A program made the translations under genes and the position numbers. A DNA stretch of 64,000 nucleotides from the human T2T-CHM13v2.0 reference genome, Homo sapiens, in the NCBI RefSeq assembly GCF_009914755.1, contig NC_060944.1. One strand, written 5' to 3'. How positions within the stretch are numbered: position 1 is the first letter of the stretch; every line of letters starts with the position of its first letter. Below are positions 40,513 to 55,503 of the stretch, piece after piece. Below the pieces are notes generated by a model. That model made no database searches and was not told the origin of the DNA. It was given only the letters and a program-made list of their open reading frames with translations.

Positions 40513-41919
40513 AAAGAAACAGCTGACCCCAGCTCTGAGTTATACAGTGTGGGCGAGTGGATGGGCAAGCTGCTTTTCGGGAACATTGTAAAATTTCATC
40601 TATTTATAATCCAGGTGTCTGTGATAAATTCAATTCTAGTTGAACAGAAAACTCTTTGTTGAAAATTTGTGTTAAAAGTTGTTAAGAATTGCCTTTTGTA
40701 GTCCAAAAGTATGTTCCTTCAAAGCTCAATTTTCAAATGCAATAATAATTCAATTACTGGATTATCATTGTTACAAAGTATCAGATCCTGGGTAGACTCT
40801 AGCTCTCAGCTTGAGCGTGTTTGATTTCACTTTTCACCACATTTTTGGTAACAGGGAGGAGAACTGACATTTAGTGGCACCTCCCACATGGTGGGCCTTG
40901 ACCTACCAGGGTGCATGTATATTCTTCCATGTCATCTAATTCCTATTTTTTTGAAGTTGAGTGGTTTGAGTTAATCTGGGTTTTTCCTATAAAGGAGCAA
41001 ACCCTTTGGCTTATACTCTGGTGCAATGAGATTCTAGAATGAGTTTTGTATGAATGGAGGAACATGTCTGGAAGCTTCTCCTAGGCCTCTTCCCAGACAA
41101 GAGCACTGGAATTAGCCAACATGGATCCCCCATCCAAGAAGATCAGGAACCTTCCTGCCAACAGGTTCTTCGATAGCAGGCAGCTTGTCTACCTCCACAG
41201 ATGGAGAGCAGTCAGGTTGCTGTTGATCCTCCCAGCTTCTACCAGGGCTCAAGCAAGTGTTGCCAGGAACTCCGAGAAGCATGGAAAAGGAAAGCACAGA
41301 GTACGCCCTGCTTCAGTTCTCTTGCTCAGCATTAAGGGAACGTAATTTGGACTGGGAACGGAGGGCCAGTGACACATGACCTTCTGAAACACCCAATTCC
41401 AGAAAGTCCTTGGCAAGACACAGCACAGCTCACTAAGCTCTGCTGCACACTATTGTTTAGCTAAGGAAGCCATCTGTTCCTAAGGCCGGGGAACGGACAC
41501 TGACATGAAAGTGACAACCCATCCAAACAATCTGGGGCACTCTGGAAACACACTAGTGTGCTTAGCCCAGCCACTTGACCTCCTGTCTCTGAATGATGAG
41601 AGGGAAATGCTTGTCAGGATCTTTTACTGCATCTTCAGCACATTTCTCCTCCATGCAACTTGTTCCTGACCCACAGTTAGAGTTAGCTGTGACTTACCAA
41701 AAAAGCTAGGTGGCTCTTTGGCCAATGTCCAGGGAGTATGGGAAAGGAGGAATAGATGGTGTCCAAGGAATAAAGCAGCCTGGGGCACTGTGCCCTGCCG
41801 TCCCCTCCTTGCTGGTTTTGAAGCCTGCTCTAGCCCCACTCAGGTGCCTTCCAGCAGCTCAGACTCACCAAGTGGGGCGGGACCTGACTCCTCCCCATCC
41901 CACCACTGCAGCTGCCCTA

Positions 41920-42645
41920 CAATCGCCTACAACTCAGTGAATGGCAATTTCATCATCGCTGAAGCTTGGAGCAATCTTGAATCTTCTTTCTCTGGAGCCC
42001 CACACCGGATGCCTTCACCAGCCCCACCCTCACCTGCCAGGGCTCTCAGTGCCTCCTGACTGGTCCCAAACTTGAGAAGTCTAATTCCTCCCAGCCGTCT
42101 GGACCATCCTCTTACACTTCAGTTGGATCCTGTTACTCCCCACTCAGAGCCTGCAAGGGTGCCATTTGTCCCTCCAAGGAGAAGCCTCAGTCCTTGCCAA
42201 AAGATGTGGCCCCGTTGACCCTCTGCTTCACCTCCTTGCTCTCTCCTTCCCCCTCCAATCCCACATCAGCCTCTGTTGGTTTTCAGATCGTGCTTGGGCA
42301 CGATTCTACCTCGGGTCCTTTGCCGGGCTACAGTGATCTCCAGGATGGGCTACCCCACTTCCTCCAGCTCTCAAATGTGACTCCCTCCAGGAGGCCTTTC
42401 CTGCCCACCTCTTGCCAAACAGCAGCCACCCAAACCTCTATGACTCCTGGGCCACCAGTACTTTCTCCACAGCCTTCGTCACCTGCAGGCACGGTAGATA
42501 TCCATGCATGTGCCATCTGTCTCTCCACCCCACCTCCACTAACGTGGACGCTCCGAGAGGGAGGGCCTGCCACAGCTTTGGTCACTGCTGTATACCTGAG
42601 GCCTGGAGTGGGGCCCAGCAGACGTGAGTATCTGTCAATGAATGT
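41920..42645 (+). mobile_element. L2 3' region
   Basis: ctcaaatgtgactccctccaggaggcctttcctg..ttggtcactgctgtatac..gtcaatgaatg. Confidence 0.65.
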
Positions 42646-43297
42646 AGAGAGAAACATTCAACAAGACATTCTCCCCATGATGTCAAAGGGTGTAACCTTT
42701 CTGCTGAGGAGGTTTGCACCAGAGGGACTTAAAGTCTCTCTGAAATTATGTACAGAGCCCACAAAAGAGGCATGATTTGCCTTTTTAAATGTCATCTCTT
42801 TAAAACAAACAAAAAGCTGCCTCATCTGAAATTGAGGCCAATATCAAGTTTAAGGAGATTCCACCACTATTGATGAGATGCTGCTTATTATGTGTGAGGT
42901 ATAGTGTCATGTGCTGTGAGTACAGACCAGGAAAGGAAGGGTTTCCGAAACTCTCTCCTGCTGGCCTCAGGGCTGCTTGGCTGTCTTATGCCCAGAAACT
43001 TGAATATGGAGAAGAAGGCTAATTTCTTTATTTTCTTTTTAATTTTATTTTGTTTATGTTTTAATAGGTGATACATTTATATGGCATAACGCTCAAAAAG
43101 TTCAAAAAGCTACACAGTGCAAACTAAGTCTCCTTCCAGCTTGCCAGCCACCCAGTTAGCTCCCTGGAGGGAAAAAGGGCAACTTGTTCCTTGTCTATCC
43201 TTCCAGATACGTCTATCAAAATACCAGATCTGAGAACATCGAGGCCAGTTGCAGACCAAACCACTCCTTGTGTGTCTTTACGTAAAGCCACCATGAA

Positions 43298-44241
<944 letters not shown>

Positions 44242-45914
44242 CTACCCAAGGGCTGTGCAAAACATCCACATAGACAACTTCTATCTGCATGGAAATGCTA
44301 TATCCTCTAGCTAGCATAGAACAAGAGAAGTCTGGGGAAGGAATGAACTGTGGAAGGCCAGGGTCAGGGGAAAAAAATGCTTCCACCCACCTAGAGTGCA
44401 AGCCGAGCCCCTCAGACCATCCCTGCACTGGCTCAGTGGAAGGCGCCCCCTCAGACAGCCAGGCCTGGTTTCATCTACAGCGTCATGTACGTTCCTGCTT
44501 CTGTTTATCTTTGGCTGAGAGTTAATCAAGTGTTTACTAACCCAATGGCAGAGAACCTCAGAGGAAAACTTTTCAAAAGAACAAAGTGTCCACCAGACAA
44601 GGGAATTCCAAGGAGAACAAACACATGGGACACAGCAGCCTGTGTGGACCCGCCACATCTGTGTTTAATGAATGCCTTTTCCTGCTGTGAACAAATATAG
44701 ATGGCTTAGAGGGTTTAAGTCAGGGGCTAATGAGCTGGCATCGTTGTAAGTGCTCAGACACCCACTGAACTAAGCAGAGGGGAGACTGTGCAAGACACAC
44801 ACTCCCCCCTCGCCATTACAGACAGACTTGGGGATGCTGGCTGGACAAGGTGGACCACCCATGTGGAAGGATTCAAGTACCAAATGCTCGTGCATTTGAC
44901 ATCACCCCTAGAGAATCTTGGAAAGGTCATGACGCTTGCAGAGAAGGGACACGAAGTAGCTGAAATGCCTTCTCCACTTGGAGAGGTTGCCTGACTCTAA
45001 GGCGAACTGGAGAGAGGCTGGTATGAGCTGGGAACACAGACAAGAGCAAGGTCTGCAAGCCTGCCAGAAAAATAGAGCCATTTCTCCAGTGCTGGGCTGA
45101 GAAGACTGGCAAGCCAGCTCGGCATGGCCGAAGACACATTCCGCAGGGGCCTGTCACTGGTCATGGCTCATCCGTAGTCACGGAGGCCACACTGTGCAGG
45201 GGACTACAGCATACGGAGGAGACAAAGCTGGCTGAGCTGTGACTGCTGTCCTCAAGGCAGTCTGATGCTGATTAGGGAGACAGCCTCGAATACACACACA
45301 CGCACATACACACAGGCATACACACAGAGGCACGCACAAATATGTGCACACACAGGCACACACATGCACATGCACATCCCTACACACAAGCTAGAATCAA
45401 AAGATGCTACATGCTAGAAGAAAACACAGGAGAAATGGAAGATTTCATAGGACACAAAAACATAGAGCCTCCCAGGGGCTACAGGCAGGGAGTGCTGGGC
45501 TCCCACAGCAAAGCCTAGGAAGGGGAGGCTCCCTGGACCTTGCAAGGAGGATTCAGGTGTTGAGGCCGCAGACACAGAGGTGAGTCCCTTGGCACCAGAT
45601 TGATGCAGTGGTAGCAGCATCCAGAGGCCAGCCAGGCTCTGGAGAAAGAACAATTTATTCTTTTATGAGTAGGTAGCTTTTGGAAGCACATGCCAGGAAA
45701 AAGACAGTAATAATAGTCTGCAGCGAAACCCACTTGATAACTCCCTGAGAAATACGATGTGGTCACATGCAATGTAGAGAACGCTAGGGAGCTGTTAGAC
45801 ATGTGGGCTCCAAGCAGACAGTTGGCCGCACTTCTGGATGCTTCCCCTGCCAGGGCGACACACGCCCTGGAAATGACAAAGCTAGAGCTCAGGTATTCCA
45901 TGAGCAGGAAGCAG

Positions 45915-46050
45915 CTCAGCAGGCATTCTCCAGGGAGCTCCTGCTCTCCTCAGCAGGCATGCCCCAGGGAGCTCCTGCTCTCCTCAGCAGGCATGCCCCA
46001 GGGAGCTCCTGCTCTCCTCAGCAGGCATGCTCCAGGGAGCTCCTGCTCTC
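45915..46050. repeat. 34-bp minisatellite, 4 copies
   Basis: ctcagcaggcatgccccagggagctcctgctctc at 45915, 45949, 45983, 46017. Confidence 0.96.
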
Positions 46051-47490
46051 CTCTCTGTGAGAAGACCCATGCTCTGCCCTGTGCTTCCCTCCCTCATGAC
46101 TACTGGGCACCCACTGACAATCTGGAGTTGGGGGAGACTGGCCCCTCCCACTGTGTCTTTCCTTCTGTGTAAGCCACAGTCCTCAGAATCAAAACTACCT
46201 GCCTGATCACTGTTTCAAATGGTTTCTGTCACTTTCTCAGACACGTTTTCATGACCAAAGCCCTATCTTGAATGCCAACTGCCTTTCATTCACCTGATGT
46301 AAGTGTATAAGTCGTCCCTAAATTACACACAATGCTTACAATGTACTTAAACATACAACCTACTGGAGTCATAAAGGCCAGTCTTGATAATTCACAGAAT
46401 CTCCAGCCCTGGCCACCTAGGCTTTGTGATCAGAGGGGTAGGATGAACGCACGGACAGAACTCCTCCAACAGCCAGGTCTGCAATTTGGAATCCCCTAAT
46501 TCCAAATAACAGATCCCCAGGCCCCCACCAGCCCAAGCAAGATTTCCAGGAGGAGACCCTGTGCCCTGCGTGTTCAACAGCAGCCCAGGAGACTGTCGTC
46601 ACCAGAGAAGTTAGGAGGACATAGCCCCATGTTCCATCCCTCAGTGCCCTTCCTCTCAGCCCACCCTGCTTTGTTTCTGATTCAAGAGTGCTAGCCCCAC
46701 ATGCAGGTGAGACTGGTCCAAATCCCAGCTCCCCTGCCCACAGGCTGTGTGGTCTCAGTCAGTCACACTCAACCCCGGTGAGCCTCAGCCTCTACATCTG
46801 CGAAGCAGAAAGAGCAAGCCATCCCTTGGCCTACTTTGATGGCCGGGGCACAGCCTGGCTGCACTGCCCATGGTGAGCAGTAAATAGACAGTAAGGCTGC
46901 TGCTGACGATGGTGGTAATGGTGATGTCAGAATCAATAGGCTGAGAAGAGAAGAAATCAAGCCCCACCACAAGGCCATGCCTGGGATCATGTCTGCTTGA
47001 CCACAGGGCCCATGGGATTTCATGTGCAGCCCAGGAGCTGGCTGGCTGTCAGGGGATAAAAGAAAGAAGCTACCAGAGCTGCCAGCCATGTGCACAGTGC
47101 TGCTGTTGTTAGAAATAACAGCACCCAGTAACATAAGCTGCTGCTCACAGGAACTTCTTTTTCAATCTTACACAGTCAGAGCACTGTCAAGTGTCACTGC
47201 TGAAATGTATGGGAGTTGACCCACACTGGACCTTGGCATCCTAAAAAACTCAGAATTGATGTCCTCAGCCTGATATTTAATTGTTCTCTCAAAACCAGGG
47301 AGGGTCACAGTCATCTGCAGCAATGTAAACACCACCCCAAACTTGGTAGCGAAAAACGACTCCCGCAACTCTGGGGTGACCGGGCTCAGCTGGGCGGTTC
47401 TCACTCACGGGCTCTCAGGAGATCTCCATCAGATGGTGTCTGGAGCTGGAGTTGTCTGGAGGCACCACCAGGCTGAACACCCAAGACGGC

Positions 47491-48992
47491 TGTTATGGGT
47501 CAAAGTGTGCCTACCACCCAAAAAAGTCATATGTTGAAGACCTAACCTTCAGTATTTAAGAATGTGAGCTTATTTGGAAATTGGGCTATTGCAGATATAA
47601 TTAGTTAAGATGGGGTCATACTTAAGTAGGGTGGGCCCTGATACACTGGTGTCCTAATAAAAAGGGGAATAGTGGGTTTTTTTAGGAGTGGGGGTTTAAT
47701 AGGCAGAAGAGAAGAGAAAGAGAAACAGCTCTCTCTCTAGAGAGAGGAGGGGTTTCCAAGTGGAAAAGACCGGCTGGCAGATGCGCCAGATTTTGTAGTC
47801 CAGCTTGAGGAGGCGGTGTCTGATTTACATAAGGCTCACAGATTAGTTCCATCAGGTGTGACATTTACATAGCATGTGGGGAAGGCTGGTCACCCCACCC
47901 TAATCTTATTTTGGGGCAAGGACCTTCTGTTCCTAGAAAACCACAAGGATGCCTTCCCTTGAGCTATACCTCCGGTTACTATGACATTCCCTGATCTTGC
48001 CAAACAAGATCACTTCCCTGAACTGTAAAACTTCCCACACACTGCATACACAGAGGGGATAAGAGATATGATGGCCGCTGACAGGACAGGAGGAAATTAT
48101 GATACAAAATTTGGAGATCCCGTTGCCGACACCTCATCGGGCAGTGGGAGGCGGGGGTCAGTCCAGAAGCCTTTGGATAACAACGGTAGGAGGTAGCCCC
48201 AGCCAGAAATCTTCAGTTGCCCCAGGACTTCTTTCAGCCCCACACAATAGCTAAGTCCTCTGTGAAAGAAAGCTGGCTCAAACATGGCCTATATACCCAG
48301 CAATCCTGGGTGCTGGGAGTTTCTCCATGTTCTCCCCAATAAGCCTGTCCCCCAAGTCTTATAAGGTTGGCAGCCATGCTATTGTTTTTAAATGGCTGAA
48401 GGGGACCCCGTATTTGGTTTGATTTGGTTCTAAAATGGAGGCTGAGAGCCTCGAAATGCAAGGACAGAGTTGGAGTCTGCCCCTCTACTCACTGTTTCGA
48501 TGAGTATTGTACCTTGGTACCCCGGATGAGGTCCCCAGTATGAAGCAGCTACATTGTCTGGGGTATATACCTTGGGGTTCATTGTCTTGCACCAGGAAAA
48601 TTTCAGACACGAACACACACGAGGAGTTTAGGAGTGAAGGTTTAACAGGCAGAAGAGAAGAGAAAGAGAAACAGCTCTCTCTCTCTCCAGAGAGAGGGGT
48701 CTCCGAGCAGAAAAGACCCAAAAAGGGCAAATGTAAACACAGAGACATACACAGCAGAACGCCATGTGAAGGTGAACGCAGAGGTGGGAGTGATGTGGTG
48801 TCTACAAACCAAGGAACACCAAAGACGGCGGCAAACACCAGAAGCCAGGGAGATGCATGGAACAGACTCTCTCCAAGCCCTCAGAAGGAGCCAGCTCCAC
48901 GGCACCTGGATCTCGGACTTCGGCCCCCAGAGATGATACATTTCTATTGTCTGAACCACCCAGAACAGGTAGCATTTAGGGCAGCCCTAGTG
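47491..48992 (+). mobile_element. MaLR LTR (MLT1B/C-like), split by a processed ERV copy
   Basis: tgttatgggt..catatgttgaag.cctaacc..ttatttggaaa..gcagatataattagttaagatg; resumes acacagagac..gccatgtgaag..gagccagctc..gatacatttctattg. Confidence 0.88.
47677..48719 (-). mobile_element. Processed (RNA-derived) ERV1 copy, MER61-like: R-U5-PBS-leader//U3-R-A(n)
   Basis: R duplicated (47684-47771 vs 48630-48718); U5 ends CA at 48541; tRNA-Pro-like PBS at 48519-48537; ATTAAA at 47695-47700; T7 at 47677-47683. Confidence 0.78.
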
Positions 48993-49620
48993 GATTGGCT
49001 GAGTGTCTTTCTTATGTGGCTCACCGTGGGAGCTCAGCCAGGGCTCCCGAAGCAAGGACCTGCACGCAGCCTCCCTATGGGACTGAGCGACTCACAGTGT
49101 GGCCAGGTGGAAGAGTGAACGTCCCGAGAGGGAACATCTGGAGAGGGAGCAGGGTGGAGACTGTGAAGCTTCTTGGCCCACCTTGGCAGTCCTGCAACAT
49201 CTCTCTGCTGCAGTCTGCTGGTCAAGTGGGTCGCTATGGCCAGCCCAGACTCAAGGGGAGGGGACTGAGGTACCACCTCTCAGTGGACAGAGCAGCAAAG
49301 GGTTTTCAGCCCTCTTTATCAGCCGCAAGCAGCTACTAACAAATGGACATTACATCGACGTGTGCATCTGTGCTGGGAAGTGTCCTATTGGCAGGAGACG
49401 TGGAGGGAGAGCAAGGTCAGAGGAGATCCAAGGTATCTACTCCTACCATGAGGAGAGTCTGTGCATTTGGGACCTATATGAGGCTGTCCCCCAGGGGGAC
49501 AGAGAAACAGGGGCAGCTATTTTAAGAGAAAGGTCCAGTGACATGAACCGCAGTAGAATATATTCCATGAACTAAAATGCAGCCACATGGAAACATCATT
49601 AACTAACAATGGGCCACAGA

Positions 49621-49816
<196 letters not shown>

Positions 49817-50321
49817 TCAGGGATTTCCATACAAAACACTACCAAACGTGAGGGCACTTCCTGAGTCTGAAGTCTCGTGTTGCATCCATGAGCACAGGTG
49901 CTCTTCATGCTGCGTTCTCGGTGGAGAGTAGGGAGGTGGGCTTACCTCCTCCCCCTCCCTGCCGCCCCCCGCCCCCACTCCCTACCACCATTCCCCCGCC
50001 TACTCCAGCTGCTTGTCCTGAACCAGGGCATCACAGATCCAGGCAGTGCTGCCTCACCAGGGCCTGTTTGTCTTGGAGCCAATGGGCTGGGGTGAGGACT
50101 TGCTGGGCCAGGGCCTCTGTGATGTGCTAGGGAGGATGTGGCTCTGGGGCTCAGTCTTCCAGTAGACATCAAAGCCCCCATTCTCCCTGCTGACAGGGTT
50201 GTAGGGAAAGCACACTGCAGAGAGCTAAACAAATACAGGGGCGGCAGCCAACAGCAGAGAGACAAAATTCCTGCGGCACCTCTGATACTTCCTCCTACCT
50301 CTCTTCCCAGTAGTCCTTATA

Positions 50322-50452
50322 AAGGAAAGTAGTGTGTACAGGGTGGCGATGATGGAGAGGTTGAAGGAAAGTAGTGTGTACAGTGTGGCGATGATGGAGA
50401 GGTTGAAGGAAAGTAGTGTGTACAGTGTGGCGATGATGGAGAGGTTGAAGGA
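50322..50452. repeat. 42-bp tandem repeat, 3 near-perfect copies
   Basis: aaggaaagtagtgtgtacag(g/t)gtggcgatgatggagaggttg at 50322, 50364, 50406. Confidence 0.97.
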
Positions 50453-50872
50453 GAAGGGACTGACGATAGCTTCTCAGGGTGCTTCCGCAAGTCCGAGCAG
50501 GAGTCGCTGCTAAGACCCCAGGGTCCCCGGCAAGGAGCCCTCTCTGCCGGCTTCTGCAACACAAGCCCCAGAAGCTGAGCATCAACATTTCCAAACTTCT
50601 TTCTAGGTGCTGACTTGTGGCTGCATTCTCAAAATTATACACTGCATGTGCCAGGCTGCCTGCACATCTGACTTGTTTTCAAATGACAAAGAATTCAGTG
50701 ACCAATCAGGAACCTGTTGTCCTTCTCCAGGGAGTGGGTAGGGGCCTCACATTCTAGTGCACCTGGCGCAGAAATGACTGGTGATGGGAAAGCTGATCTG
50801 GACAAGTTTGACCCAGGAAGGCAGTGATGGGAGCAGCCTCTACGTAACCTAACTTGAGCTCAGACTCTCTCT

Positions 50873-50910
<38 letters not shown>

Positions 50911-51330
50911 GTCTGTCTCTCTCTCATTCTCTCTCTCCAGAAGAGCAGTGGGAGGCCTTCAGCCCCTTTGGCTCTGCTGAGGCGTTCACACTGAGGCCCC
51001 ACTCACCCAATATGACTGAGCATGGTGGGGGACTACAGCCAAGCCATCTGCCCAAGGCAGCACCCCACCAGTGAGCAGCCTGTGCACCAGGGTCCCCCCG
51101 CGGGGCTGGCTGAGGATTTCTCAGCATTTCCTACCCATCCCTCATCCTTCACCCTCTCCTTGTCCCAGGGTCAGGCTACACAGCATGGTTCCCCAGCAGA
51201 CCTTCCACAAGTCACATTTCATCTTGGCATCTGCCTCTTGAACCAATGCATCATCCAAATTTACCTTGAGCTTCTCTAATGATAAGAAACTCACCAGGAA
51301 GCCTGTTCTGCTTTGATGTGATTTAAAGTT

Positions 51331-51446
51331 TTCTTTCTTTCTTTCTCACTCTTTCTTTCTTTCCCTCTCTCTTTCTCTCTCCCTTCCTTCCTTCTTTCTC
51401 TCTCTCTCTCTTTCTTTTTCTTTCTTTCTTTCTTGCTTGCTTGCTT

Positions 51447-51482
<36 letters not shown>

Positions 51483-51772
51483 CTTTTTTTCAGATGGAGT
51501 CTTGCTCTGTCACCCAGGCTGGATTGCAGTGGTGCAGTCTCAGCTCACTGCAACCTCTGCCTTCTGGGTTCAAGCAATTCTTGTGACTCAGCCTCCCGAG
51601 TGCCTGGGATTACAGGCACGTGCCACCACACCCGGCTAATTTTTGTATTTTTAGTAGAGACGGGGTTTCACTATATTGGCCAGGTTGGTCTCGAACTCCT
51701 ATCTTCAAGTGATCTGCCTGCTTCAGCCTCCCAAAGTGCTGGGATTACAGGCGTGAGCCACCGTGCCTGGCC
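51331..51772 (-). mobile_element. AluS whose tail expanded into a ~160-bp (TTTC/TC)n tract
   Basis: Alu body about 51490-51772; TSD-like taaagttttctt (51324) / taaagttatttctt (51773). Confidence 0.93.
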
Positions 51773-52171
51773 TAAAGTTATTTCTTACTGTATCATTGTG
51801 ATGCTGGCAGAAAACAGATTTCTACTCAGAGGGTTCAGATGGGAACCTTTAATGGAGGGGCACTTTTCCAGGTGTGAAAGAGACAACCAGGATGACGAGC
51901 ACCTGGGATGGGCAATGCCTGGGAGCTGTCAAAGCCTTACGCTGCAGGGCAGGGCTGCTTGGCGTTACTGCAGCCTAGAGAGGTGGGGCCATGTGGGTGC
52001 AGGTGCTGTCCCCCAGGGTCTGAGGCAGGGAAAGAAGGGCCACACTGTCCCCTCTCCCTGCTGGCCTGCTCCCCCTGTTCTTCGCACTGACTGTGCCTCA
52101 TGGGGAAGGCAGTCTGCAGGAGCACTGGGCAGAGACAGTGCCCTGGTGTACAGGGACAGCCAGAGTGAGAA

Positions 52172-52482
52172 AAGCATCCCGCCTCCCCAACAGCATCCTG
52201 CCTCTGCAAAATCATCTTGCTTCCCCAACAGCATCCCACCTCCGCGACAGCATCCCACCTCCCCAATGGCATCCCGCCTCCCTGACAGCATCCCGCCTCC
52301 CCGACGGCATCCACCCTCCCCGACGGCATCCCGCCTCCCCGACGGCATCCCGCCTTCCCAATGGCATCCCGCCTTGCCTGCCTCCCCACCAGCATCCTGC
52401 CTCCCCAACAGCATCCCACATTCTCAAGAGCATCCTGCCTCCCCGACAGCATCCCACATTCCCGGCAGCATCCCATCTCCCT
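52172..52482. repeat. 19-bp GC-rich minisatellite, about 16 copies
   Basis: Consensus cagcatcccgcctccccga. Confidence 0.95.
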
Positions 52483-53866
52483 TCTTTAAGACCACAGGTG
52501 TGATTCTGGGCATCTCCTTTGCTGCTGTTCTCATCTGGAGCCTTACCTGTGATTCCCCTAGAATTTACTTTCAGATTTCAGCCTTGAGATTCCCTCCATC
52601 CCTCTCTGGGCTCATGCTACAGGCCTCAAGATGAAGCATCTATCTCCCACCGACACTCTCCTCTCAAGACACTAACCGCAGCCAGAACTAGCTGTTGCTG
52701 AGGGTGTGCCACTGACAAGGCCCTGAAGTCATCACTGTCTGCTCTCTACTCATGCTGTCTTGGGTGGAAACACTTGGCCAACTGAAAATATCTACCAAAC
52801 CACAGAACTCTATGAACTTCTTGTTCACAGTTACTCATTCCAGCAGGCAGGGACTGCCAGAGCCTGCCTCCTTCCACAAACTGTGTGTGGCTGAGATAAG
52901 TTTCCAGCCAACCTAGGAGCCTCTTTCATGCCAAGTTTGCAGACCTCTGGGAACGGTGCACACAGCACTGTATGCCCAACTCTGTGCTTTCAAACCAGAA
53001 CCAGAGCCCAAGGACAGTCACCATCATTGAGTTATAATGTACAAAAGATGAAATATACAAAAATCCAAATTCACCCAAGGAGTCTCAAGGGAGCTGATTG
53101 CTTATCCATTGTGTTTTTAATGGGATCTCCATGTGATGCACAAAGCCTGGATTTTTATCCGCAGTAGCAGCTTAACTGATGCACTGGTCCAAACATAATG
53201 CTGTAGCTTGCTCACATAAAAGCCAGGGAGCCCCTCACAGGGATAGGAATGAGGTTCCCCTTTATCAGCAGTGCCTTGGATCAGAAGTGTAGTGCCCCAG
53301 ACTATGTGACTCTTACGCAGGAGAATTGGGGGATTAAATTACGGCAAGCTTTTTATTCCAATACTATATCACAGCATGAAATAAAGTCTCAAAAATGACA
53401 ACAGGCTTTGATTTTTAATGAAAATCTCAGACAGTTGTTTTCCAGACATACATCTGCTGCCGAAGGAAAAAACACATCTCCTCAGTTATTTACTCCCATT
53501 CTGAGAGTAACATTGAATTCCTAGGAGCCAATGACCAGAAGCGAGGAGGAACTCAAGCCTTCCCCACTCCGGCAGCACATACACCAGCTCACCTGGGATG
53601 CTGCAGAGACAGAAACAGCCGACTCGGAGACCTCAGGGAGCCCAGAGCTCCTGGCAACAGCTGGACCTTTAAGCCACAGGCCTTCATAGAGATTGCCCAG
53701 CCTGCACTGAATGCCTGCAGGGTGGAGAACCCACTCCCCATGATGCTGAGTGGAGGACAGGCAGGCTTCACTCGCCACCACATTCTCAGGCCCAGCCTTG
53801 CTCTAAGTGGGTGTCAAGGTGGTATCTCATACACGCCTGTCCTTTGGAACCACACGACAAGGCTAA

Positions 53867-55503
<1,637 letters not shown>

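Larger units (their letters stand above)
47300..49328 (-). mobile_element. Old MaLR LTR (MLT1F-H-like), split by a younger MaLR (pieces about 47300-47490 and 48995-49328)
   Basis: caccaccccaaactt..gggctcagctgggcggttc..ggagctggagt; resumes gggagctcagcc..gccagcccagactcaaggggagggga. Confidence 0.65.

Noticed and set aside
41041-41075. Translation EFCMNGGTCLE resembling the start of an EGF-like repeat
   Set aside because: The remaining cysteines are absent and stops follow; a short chance motif
42194-42775. 193-aa ORF
   Set aside because: Lies in a decayed L2 3' region; non-ATG start; no recognisable domain
48507-49118. 203-aa ORF
   Set aside because: Crosses three nested LTR-element junctions; composite artefact
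51441-52634. 397-aa ORF, including a hydrophobic end [17 protein letters not shown] faintly like the TGFBR3/endoglin transmembrane segment
   Set aside because: Non-ATG start inside a CT microsatellite; runs through an antisense Alu and a stop-poor 19-bp VNTR; no ZP-domain exons found upstream, so the resemblance is treated as chance
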